Part shown: positions 9,728-19,981 of the stretch, piece by piece | Position numbering within the stretch: position 1 is the stretch's first letter | Layout: each line of letters starts with the position of its first letter | From: an uncultured delta proteobacterium | GTDB taxonomy: Bacteria; Desulfobacterota; Binatia; UBA9968 | Direction of reading: 5' to 3' | Assembly: GCA_963816145.1 (NCBI GenBank) | Contig: CAWFJP010000004.1 | Location: 1 to 64,000 of the forward strand | DNA: 64,000 nucleotides | The notes under the pieces: model-generated | Databases searched by the model: none | What the model saw: only the letters and a program-made list of their open reading frames with translations | Told to the model about the DNA's origin: nothing | Translations under genes and position numbers: made by a program

Positions 9728-11240
9728 GGGGGAGTCTCTCCTGCATGAATTTATCGTATTGGTCGCGGCCTAAAATGGCCCTCGAAACAATAAAAGAAGA
9801 CATCATCGCACCGACAATACCAGGAAGGAGGGCACTTTGCCCACAAGCATAGCAATTCCGAAAAGGGAGCCTTCCAAATAAATTAATTTGACCAATTTTC
9901 TGTTTTACACCGTATGCCGAGCCGTCCGGCGAATGCAAAAAGAACCGATAACTAAGCATCGAAGCCGCTTCAACCACTTCGATACGCCCTCCAAATTCCG
10001 GACAAGAATCAGTTATGCGTTTCAAAATCTTATCCACACGATCCTGTTTATACAGCGAATAAGATTTAGGTCGTTTTTTCAGGGAAGTATCTTTCCAATC
10101 CTCCACATCTCGCAAAAACGACGGCTCTAGCACTGTCATAACTTTCCGAAGCTTGCCCTTCACTTCTTCATTACTAGTCAACACAACAACCGCCGTTGGG
10201 CCCGCGTTTTCAGGATCCAGCAAAGTATTAACATCAGACACGGGAAGCAAGGTGGTGATGGTTGGGCTAATCGGTTCATCGGGGTTATCCGTTTTGAGTT
10301 CGCAGTGTAAAGAAAAAAAACCTAGCGACGGCTCAAAGCCCCGAACGCGCTCTGCAAACGCTTTGTTCAAATGGTCCCGCGGAAGCGTTTCAATAATGGA
10401 ATAGGGATGAATCGTAAAGATACACTGATCACAAGATACTTGCTCGCCGGTATTCAAAACAAATCGCCCCACCGTACGGTTTTGAATATCTTCACAGGAG
10501 GTGATATAAGTTCGCAGTCGAATATCGACTTCCAATGATTCAAACGCCTTCTTAAACGCGTTTACAAAAGCGTCGCCGCCGCCATTCACACGCGCCACTG
10601 CTTCATAAAGTGCGTATACCACACGCGCATGATTCGCAAAGGAAACCTCTGACGGTTTTACTCCGTAACACATACAATAAGTGGAAAGCACACCTTTAAT
10701 GTGTTTACTTTGAAACAATTCATCAAGCACACTAGCGAGTGTGTTATAATCCTCTTCAAGCACATTGGGTGTGTCCGTGATTCTTCGAAGATCAAGCGAG
10801 GGCGTTTCCCGGTAACACCTCTCACTCATCTCGAAATAACGGTCAATGCCTTGTGTCTCATTGGGAAAATAACCTTTCAAGCTGGCCTTAAAAGCCTCAA
10901 CGCCTCGGGGAAAGTCATAAGCTTTGCCGTCCTCTTCAAAGACGTAGCGATTCGATCTGGGATCATCCAAAAAAATCGGTTCAATGCCATCACGAATACC
11001 CAGGGCTCTAAGCATTTCGTCGAGAACCCCGCCATCGGTAAAACCGCCAGTAAAATGAAAGCCGGTATCAAAGGGAATACCCTTCTTTTTAAAACGCGTC
11101 AGGCTCCCGCCCAAATACCACCCTTTTTCAATGAGCAGCACTTTCTTGCCACTCAATGCGAGCAGCTGGGCTAACGATAAGCCGCTCGCTCCGCTTCCAA
11201 CGACAATATTATCGTAGTGCTTCACAGAGGATTGACTCAC
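9702..11240 (-). CDS. Phytoene desaturase-family FAD oxidoreductase
   Basis: VVGSGASG..LIEKG..GG..FDTGFHF N-terminus, GSAYG and YACGQS..PGIVG C-terminus. Confidence 0.85.
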   Translation of the reverse strand: MSQSSVKHYDNIVVGSGASGLSLAQLLALSGKKVLLIEKGWYLGGSLTRFKKKGIPFDTGFHFTGGFTDGGVLDEMLRALGIRDGIEPIFLDDPRSNRYVFEEDGKAYDFPRGVEAFKASLKGYFPNETQGIDRYFEMSERCYRETPSLDLRRITDTPNVLEEDYNTLASVLDELFQSKHIKGVLSTYCMCYGVKPSEVSFANHARVVYALYEAVARVNGGGDAFVNAFKKAFESLEVDIRLRTYITSCEDIQNRTVGRFVLNTGEQVSCDQCIFTIHPYSIIETLPRDHLNKAFAERVRGFEPSLGFFSLHCELKTDNPDEPISPTITTLLPVSDVNTLLDPENAGPTAVVVLTSNEEVKGKLRKVMTVLEPSFLRDVEDWKDTSLKKRPKSYSLYKQDRVDKILKRITDSCPEFGGRIEVVEAASMLSYRFFLHSPDGSAYGVKQKIGQINLFGRLPFRNCYACGQSALLPGIVGAMMSSFIVSRAILGRDQYDKFMQERLPRETCSYYR

Positions 11241-11960
11241 GTTGCCAAACCTCCGTTAATGCCAATCACCTGTCCATGGCTGTACATGTTCTTGTCTGTG
11301 CACAGAAAATGAATCACCGAAGAAACATCTTCCACTTTGCCAAGGCGCCTCAGAGGAATCAGGGGCATAATTTGATCTGCGGGAAACCCTTCAGTCATAT
11401 CCGTTTCAATCAGGCTGGGAGCAACAACGTTGACAAGAATGTATTTTTTACCAACTTCGTGCGCCAAGGCTTTCGCCGCACCAATCAATCCAGCCTTTGA
11501 AGCTGAGTAATTAACCTGCCCGGCCTGTTCTATTCGTCCGGAAGTGGATGAGACCACTACGATGTGTTCCCTTTTTTCACGGAGCATTGGAAATAAAACC
11601 ACATGCATAATATTATGAAATCCTTTAAGGTTGGTTCGCACTCTCCCACTCTTCACGGCTCATCATAACCAACAATCTATCGCGAACGATCCCGGAGTTA
11701 AACACGACGACCTCAGGCGCACGCTCATCCATTAAAGGCGTTAACGCGGCCTCCGTTTGCTCTTCATCGGCAACATCAACGGCTACCGTTCGTCAAGCAA
11801 CGCCTTTACTTTCAATTTCAGAGCAAACAGAGTGCGCAGTTTTTTCATTGCGGTGATGGGTCAAACAGATATCGAAGCCAAAATCTGCAAGCCGAAGTGC
11901 CGTACTTTTCCCGATTCCACGACTTCCGCCTACAACCAGTGCCAGAGGTTTAAGACTCAT
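11237..11960 (-). pseudogene. fabG: 3-oxoacyl-ACP reductase with a nonsense mutation and a frameshift
   Basis: ATG 11960: MSLKPLALVVGGSRGIGKS..KGVA*RTVAVDVAD..FNSGIVRD, frameshift near 11640, then GQVNYSASKAG..GQVIGINGG. Confidence 0.85.
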
Positions 11961-11991
11961 CGCCAAACCCTTCTCCTTGTTTCGATAGACT

Positions 11992-12155
11992 CTAAAGTTC
12001 TGCTAATTTACCCTTCTTATATAAGCGGTTAACCATTATGGGGTTTCGAATCGGTTCTAACTTTCCACGGTAATCCCGATTGCGCAGAGTCATAGGGCTG
12101 GTCCCGAGGAAAGCTGCCGCTTCTTTAATATGAGCACATTTTGGGGCTCGATCAT
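11992..12155 (-). pseudogene. Small MerR-type/excisionase-like HTH DNA-binding protein, frameshifted
   Basis: IKEAAAFLGTSPMTLRNRDYRGKLEPIRNPIMVNRLYKK. The ATG at 12155 is one base out of frame. Confidence 0.6.
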
Positions 12156-12807
12156 CCCCAACCCTTTAACTCGCTAATTGATATTAATAACTCGATTCGG
12201 TAATCGGCGGCCGCATACCTCTACTCAAAATTCAACAGGCGACACCGAAGCAGGGCAACGGCAGGAGGGTCGATCGCCAGCGTGAGGTCTTTCTCAGAAA
12301 TTTGTTCGGAGGAATTCGTGACGCTGAAGGTGACGTCGCAACTGCCAGGCTCCGCGTACGGCTTCCAGATGAGCCAACGAACTCATGAAAATCAGAAAGA
12401 TCAAGAGAATGGCGGACAACTGGCAAGGTCGGCCCAAAGAAGCGGTAAACTAGAAGAAGAATTCTCTGTATCTCTTAGACCCTATCTCGCATGCGGCAAC
12501 CGTTTTATCCCCATAATTGCGCTGCTTATTGAGACCAGGCTCGTTTGTCGGCCCTTGAGAAACACACGCCAAGTTTTTTATTAAACTCAACACATCTCTG
12601 TTGTCAACCTTCACGGAGTGAAAAGCAATTGACAGTTCTCCCGATCCTACGATATGACTCCGGTCATAAAAAAGGCGGTTTAGAAGACTATTCATATCTG
12701 CCTGAGGACGTTGCGATCATCGCACTTGTGCTGGCAAATCATATCTCACCTATCGTTCAGGCCCTTACTCTGACATTGTCAAATTACCAGAAAGAGAATT
12801 CACTCTT

Positions 12808-13914
12808 GTGAAACATGGGATTTTAACACTAGTCGATTGCTACCCAGATGCAGGGTCAGATAGCAATGGGGCCGATCATAAGATGACGATTAGGGAACGG
12901 TATGCGCAGGTTATCGAAACCGCGGTTGCCGCAGACCAACTTGGCTTTGATTTTATGTGGGTAGGGGAGCATCATGGCTCGGCCTTTTACTGTTCCCCAA
13001 GCCCCGTCCCACTCTTAAGTGCGATTGCCGCGCGCACTCAGCGCATTCGTATTGGGCCAGGGGTGTGTCAACTGGCTCATCATGATCCTGTGCTGGTTGC
13101 GGAGGAGTATGCCATGCTCGATGTTTTGTCCAATGGCAGACTCGATATGCTCTTTGGTCGTCCAACATTCATGCGGGGCTTTCATCTGTTAAATCAACGG
13201 ATTTCAGAGAGCGCGCCACGAACACTTGAAGGGGTCAAGGTCATACGCAATCTGTGGTCGCAAGATAGTGTAACCCATGAAGGGGCATTCTATTCGTTGA
13301 AGAAGGGTGTGCTACACCCCAAGCCATTACAACCCGCCCGACCGCCAACCTACATTGCGGTTGGCACGCCAACCGCAGCCAAGAACGTGGCCAAAGACGC
13401 GCTCAATTTGAGCATTTTATCTGTCTTTGGACGCCCCAAGTTTTTTCGTGAAATTGTGCAAGCCTATTGTGCTGGCCTGGGAGAAGTAGGGCTAAACCCT
13501 TCGAATTATTCTGTTGCCGCCGGACGCCATACATTGATCCACGCAACGGATGAAGAAGCTCAGATGGCGTTTGCCGTTTATTATGAACGCTATTTGCATC
13601 ATCTGCGCAAGGAATTAGCCTATCGTCCACCTGAATCTTTGGGCATTGAGCGGCCACCTGAATTCCAAATCAGCCCATTTGCTATGGGACTCTATGCGGA
13701 TATCCCACTCCAACAACGGATAGATGAACAGACAGCGTGTGGTAGCCCAGAAACCGTTGCCGGAAAAATTGTTGAGCTTCATGATACGCTGGGCAAGCTC
13801 GATGCGTATTGGTCAGTTTTTGATCTTGGTGGCTGCCCCACTCCAGAAATTATCCAAAGTATGGAGCTTTATGCCCGTAATGTTCGTCCACGGGTCGAGC
13901 GAATGATAAGCTGA
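12808..13914 (+). CDS. LLM-class (luciferase-like) flavin-dependent oxidoreductase
   Basis: GFDFMWVGEHH..PSPVPLLSAIAARTQRIRIG..VAEEYAMLDVLSNGRL. Confidence 0.9.
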   Translation: MKHGILTLVDCYPDAGSDSNGADHKMTIRERYAQVIETAVAADQLGFDFMWVGEHHGSAFYCSPSPVPLLSAIAARTQRIRIGPGVCQLAHHDPVLVAEEYAMLDVLSNGRLDMLFGRPTFMRGFHLLNQRISESAPRTLEGVKVIRNLWSQDSVTHEGAFYSLKKGVLHPKPLQPARPPTYIAVGTPTAAKNVAKDALNLSILSVFGRPKFFREIVQAYCAGLGEVGLNPSNYSVAAGRHTLIHATDEEAQMAFAVYYERYLHHLRKELAYRPPESLGIERPPEFQISPFAMGLYADIPLQQRIDEQTACGSPETVAGKIVELHDTLGKLDAYWSVFDLGGCPTPEIIQSMELYARNVRPRVERMIS

Positions 13915-14541
13915 CTCCGCAAACGCAGGATGAAAACATAGATAGTTCCAGCGCGTCATTAACAGATGATCTGAGATTGGATTCGATCCTGCTGGTGAAA
14001 TTGGTTTCACTGATTCTCGGGTGTCGTCGGTACGAAATTGTTGACAGACCGTTTTATTTAGATAATGCGGCAATCGTATTGGAATCCAATTCTCCGGTTT
14101 CCACGATACCTACCGCGCGTTGGAAATTCATAAGTGCCGCGCGTGTTCTGGGGCCATAGACTCCATCGGGTTGGCCGACGTCAAAGCCTCGCTTCTTCAA
14201 CTCTGCCTGTGCCTGAGCCATAGTCATGGCTTGCCCAGGTGACTGAGGCGGTTTGTCTTGGGACTGACTTCGGACAGCTGGCGCGGCACGACGACCGCAG
14301 TAGCCAGGTTCGCTCGGATCATACTCGACAGCCGACACGTGCGAACCTTGGAACCCACCGGATGATAAAATTACGCGTCCTTGACCTTTGTAGTGCAACT
14401 CCGAACGTGTCGCGTCGCCTCCGAAATAGAAAGGGATGAAAGACTTACCCGTGATGTGTCCACACTGATCGCTGGGTGCCCCCATGATATTGAATACAGC
14501 CGCCATCCCCATACCCTGACGAATAGAAGCCAGGGGGCTAG

Positions 14542-16185
14542 GAGCCTGTCGGAGAAAGTGTTAAGGGGCAGGTATAAAAAGTTTTCAGCATGGCCATTTT
14601 TTCTGGACACCCAATTGATCGAGACTATATTGGTGTGCATGAGAACGTTCAAGTCGTACCAACCTGATCAACTTTACTTGTTGCCGCCAGCGCTTCGCGA
14701 TTGGTTGCCCGAGGGGCACCTGGCGCTGTTTCTCAGCGATGTGGTGGATACGCTGGAATTGGGGCCGATCTTTGATGACTACGAGCAGGGCGATGGGCGA
14801 GGGCAGCCGCCGTATCATCCGGCGATGATGGTGAAGCTACTGATCTATGGGTACTGCATGGGCAAGCCGTCCTCGCGCAAACTGGAGCGGGCGAGCTATG
14901 AGGAGGTGGGGTATCGGGTGTTGTGCGCAGAGCAGCATCCGGACCATGACAGCATCGCCGAGTTTCGCAAGCGCCATCTTAAAGCGTTAGCCGGACTGTT
15001 TGTGCAGGTGCTGCGGCTGTGTCAGAGAGCGGGGCTGGTGAAGTTGGGGCATGTAGCGCTGGACGGGACCAAGGTCAAGGCCAACGCATCCAAGCACAAG
15101 GCGATGAGCTACGAGCGGATGTGCAAAGCGGAGCAGGAATTAGAGCTTGAGGTCAAGCGGCTGCTGGAGCTGGCCGAGAAGGTCGATGGGGCGGAAGACC
15201 AGGAGTTTGGGGAAAAGCGCGGGGATGAGTTACCGGCGGAGTTGGCGCGGCGAGAGAGCCGGCTTGCCAAGATTCGTCAAGCGAAGGCTGAGCTGGAAGA
15301 GGAGGCGCGCCAGCGCGCCGAGCAGGCTGCGGCCCAGGCGCAAGCAGAGATTGAAGAGCGACGGCTCAAGGAAGAGCAGACGGGGAACAAGGCCAAGGGG
15401 CGAGAGCCCAAGATAAACGATCCCCAACAAAGCGTGCCCCAACCCAAAGCACAGAGAAACTTTACCGATCGGGATTCACGGATCATGAAGGACGGGGCGA
15501 CGGGGGGCTTTGTTCAAGGGTACAATTGCCAAGCGGTGGTCGATAGCCATGCCCAGATCATCGTGGCGGCGGCGCTCACGCAACAGGCCAATGACAAGCA
15601 GCAGTTGGTGGCGATGCTTTTGGCGGTGGAGAAAAACACTGGGGAGAAGCCAGCTAAGGCGTCATCGGATGCGGGCTACTTTAGTCAAGCGCAGATCACC
15701 GATGCTAAGCTTCAAGGCATTGATCTCTACGTAGCGCCCGAGCGGCTCAAACACGGGGAGAAGATCGAGGATCAGGCCCCATCATCGGCACCGCCAACAC
15801 TGATCGAGCAGATGCGCGAGAAGCTCAAGAGCGCCCAGGGGCACGCGGTCTACAAGATGCGCAAAGCGATTGTCGAGCCGGTGTTTGGCCAGATCAAGGA
15901 AGCCAGAGGATTTCGCAGATTCTCCTTTCGCGGCGAACCGAAAGTAGGATGGGAGTGGCAGTTGATCTGCCTGACCCATAATCTGTTAAAGCTATTCCGC
16001 GCCAAAGTCTGCCTACAGGGTGCCTAAGATACAGATGAAAGCGGGCATGCCCTAGTGGAGAGAACGAATGCGGTCTGATTAAGAGCTTCGCCTGTTCTTG
16101 AAGTCCACGGCCAATTTGAATTGCTCGATAAATTGTCTGATATCTGTTTTTTTAGTCCATTCACAAATGTTTTTCCGACAAACTC
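14542..16185 (+). mobile_element. IS1182-family insertion sequence, apparently intact
   Basis: Inverted repeats GAGCCTGTCGGA / TCCGACAAACTC. CTAG direct repeats at 14538-14541 and 16186-16189. Confidence 0.9.
14639..16027 (+). CDS. IS1182-family DDE transposase
   Basis: MRTFKSYQPDQLYLLPP..PDHDSIAEFRKRH..ALDGTKVKANAS..DAGYFS..VEPVFGQIK. Confidence 0.93.
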   Translation: MRTFKSYQPDQLYLLPPALRDWLPEGHLALFLSDVVDTLELGPIFDDYEQGDGRGQPPYHPAMMVKLLIYGYCMGKPSSRKLERASYEEVGYRVLCAEQHPDHDSIAEFRKRHLKALAGLFVQVLRLCQRAGLVKLGHVALDGTKVKANASKHKAMSYERMCKAEQELELEVKRLLELAEKVDGAEDQEFGEKRGDELPAELARRESRLAKIRQAKAELEEEARQRAEQAAAQAQAEIEERRLKEEQTGNKAKGREPKINDPQQSVPQPKAQRNFTDRDSRIMKDGATGGFVQGYNCQAVVDSHAQIIVAAALTQQANDKQQLVAMLLAVEKNTGEKPAKASSDAGYFSQAQITDAKLQGIDLYVAPERLKHGEKIEDQAPSSAPPTLIEQMREKLKSAQGHAVYKMRKAIVEPVFGQIKEARGFRRFSFRGEPKVGWEWQLICLTHNLLKLFRAKVCLQGA

Positions 16186-16599
16186 CTAGTAGCCGGAATG
16201 TCGGCGGGGGCGGGGGCTGGTGGGGCTTCGGCTGCTCGGCCGGGGGCAGGTGACGCAACACGTTGGGCAGACTTAGAGCACCCGCTGATAAATACCAGGC
16301 CGACAAGACACACCTGAAATTTGGATCTGAAGTTCTTCTTTACCAAAGTAGAGCTCCGTTGTGAAAATTTCGACCGTAGCGTTCTTGGTTCTATACTATG
16401 CCGGACTATGAATAGTATTTTCAAACCACCTTTTTTCTGACCGGGACCATATCGCTGAACCAGCGAGGGTGTCAATCGTCAGAGCGATTAGTCAGAGCGA
16501 TTAGTGAAATTTGCGCTTTTGCCTGGGTCGGCTCCGGCGGCAGACCGGTCGCAGGCGCGCGAAATGTTCCTTTTCGCGCCGATCGCTCGAACTCAGAGC

Positions 16600-16712
16600 G
16601 AGCGGCGCCGTCGGCTCGCGTTGGCAAGCCCAGATGGCTGAGGATCTTGTCGATCACCGGCGGATCTTCGATCGCAGCGATGATCTTCAAATCGCCGCCG
16701 CAGTTGGGCAAA
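16600..16712 (-). mobile_element. IS91-like transposase C-terminal fragment
   Basis: PNCGGDLKIIAAIEDPPVIDKILSHLGLPTRA, the characteristic C-terminal tail of IS91-type transposases. Confidence 0.6.
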
Positions 16713-16764
16713 GGAATTTTCGCCTTGAAGTGTGCCACCGTCGCAGCAATATGCTCGCAGACGA

Positions 16765-17532
16765 GCTGCCGCGTTTCTCGGACTGGCGCTGACAGAGGCG
16801 GCGCCGGGATCACTCCACGATATCGCGGACGCGGCGATTGATCGATTTGGACACCCATCGGACGGTATTCACGTGGGTGCTTCAGTGTCTGGGCATCGCC
16901 CGGCTGATCAAGGGGAAAACGATTGCTATAGACTCCACCACGCTCGAAGCTAACGCGGCCCTGCCAGCACCGTGCGCCGCGACACCGGAGAGACGTATAA
17001 CGACTTTTTGACCAAGCTGGCCCAGGCCTCTGGCATTGAGACCCCGACGTGGGAGGATCTAGCAAAAGCTTGATCGCAAGCGCAAGAACAAAGGGTCCAA
17101 CCAGGACTGGACGCATCCGCATGACCCCGACGCGCGCATCGCCAAGATGAAGGACGGGCGCACCCATTTAGCGCACAAAGCCGAGCATGCGGTGGACCTG
17201 AAGACCGGCGCCATCGTGGCCGTCACGTTGCAAGAAGCTGATCAAGGCGACACGACCACGATTCAGACGACGCTACCCGAAGCGGTCGAACAGCTCGAAG
17301 CCGTAGCCGCGATCAACGAAAAGGTAAAGACGGTGGAGGAAGCGGTCACCGACACGGGCTATCACAGCAAGGAAACCGTGCTCGATGTGCAGAGCCTGGG
17401 ACTGCGTACCTACATTAGCGAACCGGATCGGGGTCGGCAGCACTGGACCGATCAGCACGCTGAGCGCGACGCGGTGTATGCCAATTGGCGGCGCATCCGG
17501 GGCGAGCGTGGCCAGCAGTTGATGCAGCGACG
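16765..17532 (+). pseudogene. Degenerate IS1182/IS5-like DDE transposase
   Basis: DHSTISRTRRLID..IAIDSTTLEANAAL..HDPDARIAKMKDGRTHLAHKAEHAVDL..DTGYHS spread over several frames. Confidence 0.8.
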
Positions 17533-18525
17533 CGCGCCAGCGAGCTCGCTCTTCTCGATGCCGGCCTGTTGGACGATCCTTTAGTTAAGAGTGGACGGCT
17601 CGGAATCGCTTACGGTTTCTCAACCGGGACGCCGAAAGCGATTTGCGACTTCGGCATGATGATCAGCGAGAAAAGCACCAAGGGTATCAATGCTACTACT
17701 TACATCAAAATGATGGGCCATACGGCGCCGGTCAACCTGGGCGTTTTTCTCGGCGTGACCGGGCGCATCATTACGACTTCCAGCGCTTGCACCTCCGGCA
17801 GCCAGGGCATCGGCTATGGCTATGAGACGATTCGCGCCGGCCAGCAACGGGCGATGATCGCCGGCGGCGCCGAAGAGTTATGCGTCACCGAAGTGGCGGT
17901 CTTCGATACGCTGTTCGCCACCAGTGTGCGCAACGACGACGCCGAGACCACGCCACGCCCCTTCGATATCGATCGCGATGGTTTGGTCCTAGGCGAAGGT
18001 GCCGGAACGCTGATTCTCGAAGAGTATGAACATGCTCTAGCGCGCGGCGCGCCCATCTATGCCGAGATCATCGGTTTCGGCACCAACAGCGACGGCTGTC
18101 ACGTCACTCAACCCAACGCTAAAACCATGCAGGTGGCGATGGAGCTGGCGCTGGCCGACGCTCATTTGCCGCCCTCAGCGATCGGTTATATCAATGCCCA
18201 TGGCACCGGCACCCAGCATGGCGATGTCGCCGAATCGCTAGCGACGCATAACGTGTTTGGCAACCATGTGCCGGTAAGCTCCCTTAAGAGTTATATGGGA
18301 CATACGCTGGGCGCCTGCGGTGCGCTGGAAGCGTGGATGGCGATTGAAATGATGCGCAGCGGTTGGTTTGCGCCGACGATCAACCTTGCAAACATCGATC
18401 CCGCATGCGCCGAGCTGGATTACATCGTCAATAAGGCCCGCGCGCTCGAGTGTGAATATGTCATGTCCAACAACTTTGCCTTCGGCGGTATCAATACCTC
18501 GTTAATCTTTCGTAGAATGGCTTAG
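17533..18525 (+). pseudogene. Beta-ketoacyl-ACP synthase (aryl-polyene ApeR-like), 5'-truncated
   Basis: TSSACTSGSQGIG, INAHGTGT, KSYMGHTLGACG are intact, but the N-terminal MKRVVVTG segment is replaced by transposase DNA. Confidence 0.8.
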
Positions 18526-18550
18526 GTAAATGTTTCCAGAGGTCGTCAAA

Positions 18551-18905
18551 ATGAAATCGTTGGTCTGCGCATTACTGGCGATCTGTTTCGCAATTTCTAT
18601 GGCGGGGTTGGCGCACGGCCGTAATGTCGACCTGTTGGTGTCAATCGCCGACGCCATGGCGGCCACAGCTGTCAGCGATCGGCCCAGCGGCGCGGTCTGA
18701 CCAACGGGCATGTCATGAAGCTTTTCTCTGGACACTGGTCGACTTGGAAAAACGCGCGCAACTAGCCGGCGCTAACGCTGTTGTGAACATCGTCCGCTAC
18801 TATCGGAAAAAGGAAATGGCCAGTACCATCGAATTCGAATGCCATGTTGGCAACGTCGTCGTCACGGTTTGACTGAAAGGCGATTTGGTGAAAATTCCCG
18901 AATAA
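18551..18905 (+). pseudogene. Small secreted YbjQ-like ('excinuclease ATPase subunit'-annotated family) paralogue, broken
   Basis: Signal peptide MKSLVCALLAIC.., internal deletion, stops, then GANAVVNIVRYY..EFECHVG. Confidence 0.7.
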
Positions 18906-18974
18906 ATGGAGTTGCCGTTGGTGTCGCAGACAGTCTACAGTAGTTCTCAGCATAAAACCGGAAGGAGTATCTCG

Positions 18975-19421
18975 ATGAAAAGAATGTTTCACTTAACGAT
19001 TGCCGTCACGTTAACCTTGAGCGGTGCTTGGCCGGCGCACGCCCGCGATGACAAACTGATGTTTCCGATCGCGCCCGCCTTGGAAGCCAAGGATGCCAAA
19101 GAGAAGCTTGACGGCTCGGTGAAGTTTTATTTCGGTAACCAGCCGACGCCAAATATTGTTACCAAGCTCGGCACCGATGTGACCAATCAGAAGACCAATG
19201 CCTTCGGCAAATCAGATGAAAAGGCGTGCAACTGGGTGTTTCTCTCGGCCATGATTCAGCTCGACAAGCGCGCCAAGCAATTGGGCGCCAACGCGGTCGT
19301 CAATATCGTCAGCTACTATCAGAAAAATGTCATGTCGAGCCCGACTGATTTCGAATGCCATGCTGGCACGGTGGTCGCCGGCGTGGCCCTGCGGGGTGAC
19401 TTCGTCAAAATCGCTGAATAG
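18975..19421 (+). CDS. Small secreted YbjQ-like protein (family often mis-annotated 'excinuclease ATPase subunit')
   Basis: Signal peptide ending AHA, then DGSVKFYFG..KTNAFGKSDEKAC..GANAVVNIVSYY..FECHAG. RBS AAGGAG. Confidence 0.85.
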   Translation: MKRMFHLTIAVTLTLSGAWPAHARDDKLMFPIAPALEAKDAKEKLDGSVKFYFGNQPTPNIVTKLGTDVTNQKTNAFGKSDEKACNWVFLSAMIQLDKRAKQLGANAVVNIVSYYQKNVMSSPTDFECHAGTVVAGVALRGDFVKIAE

Positions 19422-19528
19422 TAATGTCGCGATGGCGCGCTTCGTATGCTCGAAAATCCGTCATGCAGCGAAGGAGATGAGCTATCGCAATGATCGGCGC
19501 CGGTGAATTTCACCCAAAACACCACTCT

Positions 19529-19981
19529 ATGACGATGAAACAGTCAATCGGCTTGACCCTAGTTCTGATGGTTTCCCTGATCGCGCCTCGGCTCGCCCTG
19601 GCGCGGAACGATAAGTATCTGCTGCCGATCAAAGCGGCTCTGGAATCGACCGAGGCGCGTGAAAAACCTGACGGGTCGGTCCGGTTTTTCTTCGGTAAGC
19701 AATCTCCGCCGCCGATCGTTACAAAATTGGCGACTGTGACACCCCACGGCAAAGCGAGTACGCGCCGTACTGACGATATGAAGGCCTGCAACGCCGCGTT
19801 CCTAGCGGCCCTGGTAGACTTTCAAAAGCACGCGAAAAAAGCCGGCGCCAATGCGGTGGTGAATATTGTCAGTTATTATAAGAACGTCGAGATGGCGAGC
19901 CCGACCGAGTTTGAGTGCCACGCCGGCGCGGCCGCCCATGCCATATTGCGGGGCGATCTCGTCAAAATTGCCGATGAATGA
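19529..19981 (+). CDS. Small secreted YbjQ-like protein, third paralogue
   Basis: Signal peptide ending ALA, then DGSVRFFFG..AC..GANAVVNIVSYY..FECHAG. Confidence 0.8.
   Translation: MTMKQSIGLTLVLMVSLIAPRLALARNDKYLLPIKAALESTEAREKPDGSVRFFFGKQSPPPIVTKLATVTPHGKASTRRTDDMKACNAAFLAALVDFQKHAKKAGANAVVNIVSYYKNVEMASPTEFECHAGAAAHAILRGDLVKIADE

Larger units (their letters stand above)
14054..16346 (-). pseudogene. Lipoprotein with C-terminal peptidoglycan-binding domain, interrupted by IS1182
   Basis: 5' part 16186-16346 (MVKKNFRSKFQVCLVGLVFISGC lipobox, Pro-rich linker) and 3' part 14054-14541 (AQAELKKRGFDVGQPDGVYGPRTRAALMNFQ, PG_binding_1). Removing the IS and one CTAG rejoins them in frame (PADIPATS-PLASIRQG). 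Confidence 0.8.

Noticed and set aside
14381-14638. N-terminal extension of the 548-aa transposase ORF
   Set aside because: It begins outside the IS left end (14542) and overlaps the interrupted host gene. The real start is ATG 14639.
16479-16506. 13-bp tandem duplication TCAGAGCGATTAG
   Set aside because: Only two copies at an IS-debris edge, with no spacer structure.
16472-17167. 231-aa minus-strand ORF
   Set aside because: Chance read-through made of the antisense of a degenerate transposase plus an IS91-like tail.
17485-17532. Apparent N-terminus of the 346-aa KS ORF
   Set aside because: Derived from transposase DNA in another frame.
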